Source: Nemertoderma westbladi
Taxonomy: Eukaryota > Animalia > Xenacoelomorpha
Assembly (NCBI GenBank): GCA_032718475.1
Contig: JAUCBJ010003051.1
Location: 1-33,340, forward strand
DNA: 33,340 nucleotides
Direction: 5' to 3'
Under the pieces are notes generated by a model that saw only the letters and a list, made by a program, of their open reading frames with translations, ran no database searches and was not told the DNA's origin. Position numbers and translations under genes: made by a program. Shown one piece after another: positions 24,001 to 33,340 of the stretch. The number at the start of each line of letters is the position of its first letter. Positions within the stretch are counted from its first letter, which is position 1.

Positions 24001-24082
24001 CCGTCGCTTGGTTTCGCTTAACTTTGGCCCTAGTGCCGATAATAGACCTATGGCGCTTCACTAGCCTAGGGTCTGATACCAC
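21063..24082 (-). pseudogene. BEL/Pao gag region, fragmented
   Basis: DUF1759-like block 'FNGDEMKWLPFNEYYKDNI...EKLRFLIECLEGPPK...VWDTLNIRYGN' (21674-22198); upstream coiled-coil fragments with an AAAAEAERK repeat near 22940-23045. Confidence 0.75.
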
Positions 24083-26033
24083 TACTGTAGGGATGACTTT
24101 TCTTACAGTAGGAGGGGACTTAAGACTTCTGTCTGGGATGTTCTATACTTTGATCTGGGTCACAGATCGTTCTTTCCAAGAGACTGTCTGACAGTGTTTG
24201 TTTTGTGTCAGACATAATTTATTTTACAGTTGAATGCCTACTACTATAATAACAGTTAAAGCAAGTCTAGGGGAAATCAGTATCAACTGTCAGTCTAGTA
24301 GTTACCAATATCGCTACTCAATGTAACGTGGTATATATCTAATATTAGAATACCGGTATACACCTATAGTATATATATATCAGTATTATTACAGTACAGA
24401 CTATGATCAGTCACAGAATACCGGTTATATGAGTTTAGCCTAATTTATATAAATATAATAAGCTTACTGTAAACACCGGAAATGTCAATTATTTAATAAT
24501 AACTGATTATCCGAATTTTAGGGATTACTTCCCTTTACTTTATTACTGATATTAAGCAGTAGTTCAACTGATATTAAGACCTAATTGATGTATAACAGGC
24601 CTAATAATTTATAAATCTGATTAAGTTGATTTATAAATATATATATATATACCCGTAATGGGTTTTGTCAATATTTGAAATAAATGTTATTATTTCTGAG
24701 TAAGAAGTCACTACACAGAGGCTGAATGCTCTCAGTGGAGTGCTACTTGTTAGACACTAATACTGATAATTCTACTTAACTAAGTTACTTATCACTACAA
24801 ATTACTTACGTAATACGTATCGGGTTGAGATTACACAATCTCTAAATAAACAATAAACAAGTTACACATACAATTTTTAGGGTAATTTAACAAGAAATTT
24901 ACGAACCAGACTAACAAGGAGTTAGAATTTCTGGTTCTTAAAAAATGACAGGAAATTACAGTATTTTGAAACCAATAAAGTAGTATTAAGTACGTTGTGT
25001 TGTCCAGATAAGGAAATGCCACCATCTGATGGCTTATAGTCTTACACTATAAGCACTACGTTATGTACCCGGAGTGTCCTATACCTAGAGGTTAATTATC
25101 GAAGCCAACCAGAGCTAACGGACCTATTAACCACATTACAACACAAATATACTGCCTACACACTAAATTACTTTCAGGAAAGCACTGTACTCTAAACCCT
25201 AAATTAGGTACAAGCACTTATACAACATATAACTAGCAGTTAAATATACGTGAACAGTCAAAAGAACCACGGTATCTGCTGGAGTGACCGGAGCACAAAA
25301 TCACCAGTCTGTCCTACGCCAAGCAGTCCTGAAGTAGTACTGGGGTTAAATTAACTATAACAGTATGCATAACAAGCATAATTACTGTAAGGAATACACT
25401 TGGGGATATGTAGGTTGCAAATACTTGCATAAACTCTGAATAATAAATAGTACGCTACCCGTACAGACTATTCAAACAAAACACAGACCAAATGCTGGCA
25501 GACTACTGTCAAGCCTAAATAAACCATAGTATATGCAATCTCTGAAATGGTTAGTTAGTAAGCGTTCTAACTACGTAGTACGACTTATTCTTTCGTGGGG
25601 GATTTACCTTACAGCACTGGATGCCTCCACTTTCCTAACTAGCACTTTATCGGACAGACACTCTACATACACTGCAATCGCCTCAGACCTAACAACAGTC
25701 AGAAAACAATCCGGCCTACAAATTATTTATACAATCTGAGCAGGCTTACATGCTTTCTGCTCAATATTACACTTACCGGTAAATAAAACCAACAGAAATA
25801 AGTAAAATCCTAATAAAAACCAGGGCTGCAGTCCCCGATTAAATATTAAGACTATAATAAGAGACTTAATTATATATATAGACTTAATTAAATATTATTA
25901 TATAATTATCACAATCGAACTAATACTGTTGTACCTGTAAGTACCGGTTCGGATCAGGCCTACAGTTTACCGTCCTACCGGTACGTTTTGGGTTTATTGC
26001 CTACTGGGCAATAAAAGAAACAAAATCTATTAA

Positions 26034-26512
26034 TGTTTGCGCTTTTAGACCTTTAGCAGTTTAACCTGCCAATTTAAATGTCTTTTTAATTATGAATCGA
26101 CTTTTGCCCTTACCAATTACATGGTGTACTGAATTTACATCCGCCGAAGCCAGTCTGTGCATGGCGTATGACCCATGGTGTGAGAGACTGGATTCGGGTT
26201 CCTGAGGAAGTTATTGCGGTGTAGGCTACTTTGTATTATTCAATTGATTGCTACTATATAATCTCTGACAACTATATTTACTTTCAGGGAAATATTAACA
26301 GTTCCTTTGGGACGTGGCACTTTAAGTATAAAACAGAGTTATGACTTACACTAATCACAACTAGATGGCTACGGAGTTTCGTAAATAGCGCATTCTTTAG
26401 GAGATGCTTTATTAACCTTCATACGACTTCACACTACTTCACACTAATTTACACTAATTCACACTAATTTGCCAACCGTCACTGATTTGATCATATATAA
26501 GGAGGATTGCAA
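26034..26512 (-). repeat. 5' LTR (homologous part; may extend further right)
   Basis: Direct repeat of 18358-18827; on the - strand a TATA-like TTATATA near 26494-26500 and AATAAA near 26408-26413. Confidence 0.85.
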
Positions 26513-27994
26513 CTGACACACGTAGGGATTATGAAATAGCATTTAATTCACACAAAAACCACTATGATTTGAGTCACAGTTGCTACTGGTAGACCCTTCC
26601 TCCGCTTACCTCAGTAATCAAGAAAGTTGGTTTACGATTATTTATCGGTATTCTCCAAATATAACATCCATTAATATAAACAGCAATTAACACAATATAA
26701 AACAGCATTAAACGGTGTGGTGAACAGTCAGTATGTGTTCAGTCATATGATTGTTGGTAAGTTTGTTAAGTTAATAGATTTACGTCCTTATAACTCAGGC
26801 CATCAGATGTTCTTGGGCCAAAGTCTGAAACGTCCGTACTTAGTACAGAATCCTGAGAGGAATCTAATTCTCAGAAAAACGATATCTGCACATGGCTAGT
26901 TTCCACAGGTAGGTCTCTACTGGCATAACTGGGAAGATTGCTCTGATTGGCTGAATAGGCTCAAACAAAGGAATCTCCACGCACACAAAGAATCAGCTGA
27001 CATATTTCGTCATCTTGGTTCTAATTTCTGACCGACGCATAGTTGAACAATTTTAGGGCTATTTTAGAGTATTTCGCGCATTGCGTAAAAATGACTTGTT
27101 ATGTCCGCAAAAGCCTTTATACAATCATACAATCATCCATCATACAAACATACATACAGTTTGGTTCTGTATTGGTTGCATAGCCTTTCAGCACTGTCCT
27201 GTCCACATTGCACATGTGAAGGTGTCACAGGTGAGAAGGTAGATGTCTCCTGCAATTGGTCCATGGTATGGTCACTGGAAATATCTCCATTGGTAAGTTC
27301 AGTGGCTTTGTGGTTTAAGACATGTGCAAGTAAATTTAAGCAGTAAATTTCTTAATATACTGTAATATAATTTTGCAATTAAAATAGTCTGAATTAATAA
27401 TTTTCAACAGGGTTAAAAATACAAATAATGGCCAATTGCATTTAAGTCAAATTAAACTCAGTCTGTCATTTAATTACTTCAATATTTTCCACTACCACAC
27501 ATGTTATGAAAGTTTGTGCGGCTAAAAATACTAAAGTATATTTATTGCCTCTTAAATAATTAAATATAAGATAATTATTTTATTGCGCAGAACACCATCT
27601 CCATCCATACCGAAACCTAACTAACCAAAACAATAAACGATATCATTACAAATTAATGGAAAGGAGTGCCACACACGTCACGTCTCTCCTCCACATCTTT
27701 GGAACGATACGGGTTACCACCAGCTGACGGCTGCGACCCTTCCATTAACTAAATAATTAGATAATTAGACATAGACGGGTTTAGACAAAGTTGTTGTTGG
27801 GAATGTTTTTTTTGAACGATTTAAAGCTGGCGTTTATAAACGTGTCCAGATTGGGCTCTACTGCTTGCGTGGAGCCATCTACAAGTCCGAAAAATTGACC
27901 TCAGCTAATTAAATATTTTGCCCCCCCCCCCCCCCCCCCCCAAGCAAAATCCTAGAACCGCCCCTGTCCTGGCTGTCAGGCAAATTTCCACCTA

Positions 27995-28081
27995 TTGTTT
28001 ACGTGGTATCCAATGACGGCGTTAAGTTATGTCCCCTTAGAGGACATTACTTAACGCCGTCATGGGTTACCACGTATACAA
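27995..28081. repeat. ~42-bp-arm palindrome with a TTA spacer: two abutting transposon termini
   Basis: tgtttacgtggtatccaatgacggcgttaagttatgtcccc-TTA-gaggacattacttaacgccgtcatgggttaccacgtataca. Confidence 0.8.
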
Positions 28082-28337
28082 AACACCAATTGGCCTTGGG
28101 GTAGCGCATTTTCTGACCAAAAAGTCGAATTTTTGAAACATATCCCATCTGATACAGAATTTCATGCTGAATCCAAATATGGAAACCCATATATATATAT
28201 AATAAATAAATAAATAATAAATAATATAAATATATTCCCATATCTTGCTTAGTTTTCGAGATATCTGGGATAGAAGATACTGGCTCCGATATACAGAGAT
28301 TATCGCCTGTCCCAGAAGGTGATATACGGTTATAAAA

Positions 28338-28410
28338 CCTGAAGCAAATAAATCGTATAACTACTGAGGCCGCAGGCCGAAGTAGTTATACATGATTTAT
28401 TTGCTGAAGG
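28338..28410. repeat. Hairpin element with GAGGCCGCAGGCCGA loop
   Basis: agcaaataaatc-gtataactact pairs with agtagttatac-(at)-gatttatttgct. Confidence 0.75.
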
Positions 28411-29777
28411 ATGATAAAATTACCCAATGCTTAATTTTTTAAGTATATACTTGGATGTTCAGTGCGCCCAATAGTAAGCCCCTTAATATATTCCTTAGTA
28501 ATCGAATCGTCATCCTTATAGCATAATTTTTTATGCGTTATTTTTTGGACAACATCAGCATAAACAACAGCGAAAATACCTACACACACAGGGTCCATGA
28601 ACGGTTTGAAATTTCCCCGTGAAAACTTTTCAATGTTTTATATTTTGACAGCTTACTGCATGCAAACAACCTCCTTCCTGTAATACGTCGATTTCGCGAC
28701 ACAACCCCCAAAGATTATGTACTGTATTTCTATGACATTGATTTATTTATTACCGTGCTGGTAATAGAAATCCGACAGAACAGTGAATCAGTGAATAGCA
28801 AAACCTTTGATATGTGTTGAGCTAATGCACCGAACCATTCAACCTGGTCACGTCCCCGGAAACCTCTCACTGGGCATGTAATGTAGGCCTACACTGACAA
28901 CTAAAATGCAATGGAGTAATTAGTAATAGTTACAGTAGGGGGAAACAAACACGAATTACGAATTATAATTATCTTATGTCGCATATATTTTGCTGCGGTG
29001 ACATTTACATATTCTAACCATGAAGTCATTGCCCTCCTAGATTTCAAAACATTCCCACAACAATTAAAAGTAATTACGTACAACCTTTTAACGTTTCAAA
29101 AAAATATTAAATCTCTGTGATGGACATATTATGGACATAAAATATGGGTAAAGTTTCTGCTAGAGTACTAGAAAGGTTCTTGCGTCATATTTTGGTGACT
29201 ATACTGGAGACATTATGAAATAGGAGCACATAAGATACTGAAACTACTAATAAGTAACTTGTGTCAATCTTCATACATACGACCACGCCCATTACCTTTA
29301 ACACTGACACGAGAGGAGGGGTGGGGCGGGGCGGGCTGGACTCCGTGATTCATAGCTGCATGATTCACTTAACCACCATGTGCATTAATGAGACAACAAA
29401 CAGCCGCATAAAAAAACACATTTATTCATTCTCACGTATTTGGTTTAATGTGTTTACGGGATTAGAGAAAAAATACGGCTTATGTGTAAATGAACCAATA
29501 TAGGGTGTTATTTTGTTTAGTATTCGCGGACCAACTTGTTTTCGGAATACAATATTCATTACTTATTTTATTTATTACTCTAGTAACAAAACATGTATTA
29601 CCTGGTGTGATTGGCTGAGCTCCCTTGGCTGGGTGGGATTAGGGCATAATGGAAACGAATATAATATTTAATAAATTTTTTACTGTGATATTTACCATTA
29701 TTGATGATCCTATCTACTATTGTATATAATTCTCCATACCGGTACTAAAAAAGTTAAAAACGCCTGAAAATTGGCCT

Positions 29778-31730
29778 TTATTCACCATATTTATCCCGTA
29801 ACGTTCTTTTTAAGGCGACATATAAACTGTTCAATAAATTTCTGTCGACGAAATCGTCACATTGCATTTCTACAATCACGGCATCATCAACTACTTTTAT
29901 AACCAAGTCACAGTAAAAAAGGAATTTGGATGGCACATATGAGCTTCCACTAGACGTCGCCACTTCCTTACTGCCACTGAGTGTTGCCACTTCCTCTCTG
30001 CCACTAAGTGTTGCCACTTCCTCTCTGCCACTAAGTGTTGCCACTTCCTCTCTGCCACTGAGTGTTGCCACTTCCTCCCTGCCACTGAGTGTTGCCACTT
30101 CCTCCCTGCCACTGAGTGTTGCCACTTCCTCTCTGCCACTGAGTGTTGCCACTTCCTCTCTGCCACTGAGTGTTGTCACTTCCTCTCTGCCACTGAGTGT
30201 TGTCACTTCCTCTCTGCCACTGAGTGTTGCCACTTCCTCTCTGCCACTAAGTGTCGCCACTTCCTCCCTGCCACTGAGTGTTGCCACTTCCTCCCTGCCA
30301 CTGAGTGTTGCCACTTCCTCCCTGCCACTGAGTGTTGCCACTTCCTCTCTGCCACTGAGTGTTGCCACTTCCTCTCTGCCACTAAGTGTTGCCACTTCCC
30401 GTCTGCCACTAAGTGTTGCCACTTCCTCTCTGCCACTGGGTATTGGCTCTTCCACCAGTCCACTAGCGGCCCCTTCCCCTTTCCCAATGGCTAGATGTGG
30501 AACACTTGTCGATATTGTTTCCATCTTTCGCGACTTTTGTTCTGCATCGTCGCCCTCCAACTTCAGTCTTTTTTCTTGACGTCTTCTCTTTCTCATTCCA
30601 ATCCAGGAACATTTCAAGGCATTCAGGAGGTACTTAATTTTACGGACAATGGTATTAGAGCTAATCTGTGTCTCTTCGGCGCTTCGCACCATTTCAACAT
30701 CCAAACTCCCAAGATATCCAACAACACTATCGTTTACTGCGGATAAATGATCTTGAATAGAAGGAAATTCATTGCTTCCGCTACCCAAACGCATAGATAA
30801 TGGGGGCCGATTTTTGAGGGAAGTTACGCCTCGGCTAACTCCAAGCTGACTTAACATCGGCACAAAAGACCACGCCAATCCCCATCGCATTGTTCTACCC
30901 TGACAGAACTGAGTGGTTAAAATCCTAACAGCTCCATACGATTTAACTAGGCGTTCTAATGGAGCCAATGAGGCCTTTTTCCCCACCATTGAGGTATACC
31001 ATCCCACTCGTTCTTTTAAACACAGGCTATCTTCTAGAATATGTTTAATAAACTCAGTTTCGCCCCCCATAGTCACTGATTCTTGCAGGGACGCCGTTGA
31101 GAGACTACTTGATTGTGGCCTTGTTACTGAGCGAGTGTTAGACAAACCTTGGGCCTCTAGTAGATCAGAGAAGAAGGGAGGATTACACATACAAAAACTG
31201 TAAGCTTTTCCTTTGGCAGCCACGTCTCGCAGACGAGAATCTTTTACTACAGATATGCGGTCGAGCAAACCATTGGATTCGATGTTTCGTAATGCGACAT
31301 TCCGGTTATATTCGTCGGTTTCGCTGGCCATAAACCTCCAATTTGAGTTTATCCGACATCCAAGCAACGGGAAAACGGCCGAGGAGCCGGTCCCGATATC
31401 GATACCGACGGTATTCGAATAAATTCCGGACGGGAGGAGCGAAATTAAATCCTCCACCCAGTGAATGTAGTTGAGTCGAAGGGGGACCGTTGGAATGAGA
31501 CGGTCGGGTGGAAGTTCGACTGAGAGGTTAAAATCCTCCTGCAGCAAACAGCGTGTGAGTGCGCGAACGCACTCGGAATCCCGGAAGTTAAGGACGAGTT
31601 TACCGTTCGGCTTAAAGGTTGTATGCCGCCGAAATTCGGGATATTTCTCGCGCAGTGTTTTAAAACATGGCGGATTCAAACGATACCGATTACGAGGGTG
31701 CATCAAATGATTAAGTGACGGTGATGCCAT
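29778..31730 (-). CDS. METTL16: RNA N6-adenosine methyltransferase METTL16 homologue, single ORF (alternative ATG at 31739)
   Basis: MHPRNRY N-terminus, RLIPTVPLRLNYIHWVEDL, SAM motif GIDIGTG, catalytic FCMCNPPFF, WYTSMVGKK, FCQGRTMRWGLAWSF, basic RKRRRQ stretch and a C-terminal VCR-like region. Confidence 0.95.
   Translation of the reverse strand: MASPSLNHLMHPRNRYRLNPPCFKTLREKYPEFRRHTTFKPNGKLVLNFRDSECVRALTRCLLQEDFNLSVELPPDRLIPTVPLRLNYIHWVEDLISLLPSGIYSNTVGIDIGTGSSAVFPLLGCRINSNWRFMASETDEYNRNVALRNIESNGLLDRISVVKDSRLRDVAAKGKAYSFCMCNPPFFSDLLEAQGLSNTRSVTRPQSSSLSTASLQESVTMGGETEFIKHILEDSLCLKERVGWYTSMVGKKASLAPLERLVKSYGAVRILTTQFCQGRTMRWGLAWSFVPMLSQLGVSRGVTSLKNRPPLSMRLGSGSNEFPSIQDHLSAVNDSVVGYLGSLDVEMVRSAEETQISSNTIVRKIKYLLNALKCSWIGMRKRRRQEKRLKLEGDDAEQKSRKMETISTSVPHLAIGKGEGAASGLVEEPIPSGREEVATLSGRREVATLSGREEVATLSGREEVATLSGREEVATLSGREEVATLSGREEVATLSGREEVATLSGREEVTTLSGREEVTTLSGREEVATLSGREEVATLSGREEVATLSGREEVATLSGREEVATLSGREEVATLSGREEVATLSGSKEVATSSGSSYVPSKFLFYCDLVIKVVDDAVIVEMQCDDFVDRNLLNSLYVALKRTLRDKYGE
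29952..30437 (-). repeat. In-frame coding minisatellite, 18 x 27 bp (SGREEVATL)
   Basis: 486 bp = 18 units; near-identical at nucleotide level. Confidence 0.97.
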
Positions 31731-31962
31731 TACCTGCATTAGTTTCTATGTGTACCGGTACTCTACTACAGTACTACTCTAGTACAGTACGGAATTACTT
31801 ACTGCACTACAAGTTTATGAATATAGGGATAATAAGATCCAGAGTACTGGTGTATGTTTGAATTCGAAATGAGAGAAATCCTACATCAGTACATCTTGAC
31901 TTGACATCAGCATGTTGAAAACATACGGTATTTGAAATTCCCTCCACAAGTAGACAGAAGTA

Positions 31963-32107
31963 TGGTGGCCCGTTGAGGCCATCAACTTGATGAAAAATAA
32001 ATAATAAAATAAAAAATAAATTTAAAATTTAAAAATAAATAAAAAATAACTTATTTGTTATTTTATTATTTCTTTTTTATAAAGTTGATGGCCTCAGTGG
32101 GCCACCA
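31963..32107. mobile_element. 145-bp MITE, Tc1/mariner-type
   Basis: ~60-bp imperfect TIRs (tggtggcccgttgaggccatcaactt... / ...aagttgatggcctcagtgggccacca) flanked by TA at 31961-31962 and 32108-32109. Confidence 0.85.
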
Positions 32108-33340
32108 TACACAGTTAGTAGCATGTCAGCCTATGCCTACACACACTCTTATTAAATGTGAGTGATTTTTATGTCCTTTTTAAATTTTTCTGCCTACTTT
32201 TTAATGCACATTTTGCATAAAGACAAAATAAACGTGTGTCAATAACACATGTTAAAATTTTATTTTAGCTGTTAATAAGCTGCATTTTGGGGCTAGTCAT
32301 AATTGTGAGCCATTGGACGGCTATAATAATAATACTGTATCATATGGTTTCCAAAATTATGTTTTGCGTCGGAAGCCAATAGTATAGACAAAGTATAATT
32401 ATACAATATCTATTAGGTCGAGAGAGCTCGGACAGTGGCAATGAGGGAGGCCCTTCATTGCTTCCCAATTCTGCATGGTTGTCGCAATTGTCTTTTTCCC
32501 AAGTCCAGTATCCATTTCAAGTTGGTTTCTGTATGTCATAGCCGGTCGTCCACCGGAACGTTGAATAACATTTTGAATAATAGCTGCTCGGAATACCTGT
32601 AAAATGAATACTGAATAAGTAAATAATATGTAAATATTCAATTTATTCGCAGAGGAAACGACTGTTGATACGCTTGGCTACAACCTCCGTCTACATCATC
32701 TTGGTGAGTCTGCTGGCCGTGGGGTTGAGCGTCCACTACGGTTTCTTCTGGGACTATAAGGCTACGGTGGACGCGGGAATGGCTGCCAAGGCAATGGATG
32801 ATGCGAAAAAGGAAGAGGCCGCCGCCTCTGGAGTTGGCGGATAATAAAAACAAAACCAATTTATCGTTTGTTGTTGGTGCAATATGGAGGAGGTCCGTTA
32901 GCGGAGACTATGACCCCTCCCCTCCATGGAAATTGGCCTCAGGACTAATTGCCCCTGAACACTTTTGGACAGCGGGGGGACAATTTTCTCCCGGACAATT
33001 GCCCCCCGATGACAAGTTTAATTGCGAACCCGCCACATCAGAGCCAATCTGGAAATTATTATACTTTACAACAAAATCATTCACTTATAGCTACCACACT
33101 AAGGAGGCACTGGTACAGTACAACAACTATTATTATAACAACATGAATACTATCATTTATATATTAAAAATAAAGGAATATTATTTAGATTAAAAAAAAG
33201 CGGAAAACACCGCTTTTTTACTAATTTTCAGTTTAGCGAAATTCAACTATTCTTTCCGAATGGTTGAGATTTACATGAGCAAGGTGGCAGAATATTAAAT
33301 AGTATGGCGGAATTCTCCTTGGAGAAACTTCGTCTGGTCA

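Larger units (their letters stand above)
18358..26512 (-). mobile_element. Degenerate BEL/Pao LTR retrotransposon lacking RNase H and integrase
   Basis: Direct repeats at both ends; gag-protease-RT order on the - strand with multiple stops and frameshifts. Confidence 0.88.
17934..27966. mobile_element. hAT-like terminal inverted repeats enclosing the BEL/Pao element
   Basis: CAGTGGCGGTTCTAGG (17934-17949) and CCTAGAACCGCCCCTG (27951-27966), 15/16 match, each next to a G/C run. The 8-bp flanks (taggccta, tcctggct) do not match. Confidence 0.55.

Noticed and set aside
29897-30579. Overlapping repeat ORFs (VAERKWQHS, VATSSLPLS)
   Set aside because: Alternative frames of the 27-bp repeat, which happens to have few stops; METTL16 explains the region.

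Overview
Eukaryotic (animal-like) genomic DNA, not prokaryotic. Three conserved genes read as uninterrupted ORFs: the 3' part of a CFDP1/BCNT (Swc5) homologue (+, entering from the left edge), a full-length IQCB1/NPHP5 homologue (-), and a METTL16 homologue (-) with an in-frame 18 x 27-bp repeat. The ~25 kb between IQCB1 and METTL16 is mostly transposon-derived. It holds a 4.97-kb Tc1/mariner-type element (69-bp TIRs, TA target) filled with a 25-bp satellite grown from its own TIR, a degenerate LINE inserted in a SINE-bearing composite repeat, a decayed BEL/Pao LTR retrotransposon between hAT-like termini, and several palindromic elements. Top observations: the TIR-bounded satellite, a cluster of RFX X-box motifs inside the IQCB1 coding sequence, the intronless state of all three genes, and the METTL16 repeat expansion. 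I found no convincing wholly new multi-gene system. All family calls rest on motif recognition, with no database search.
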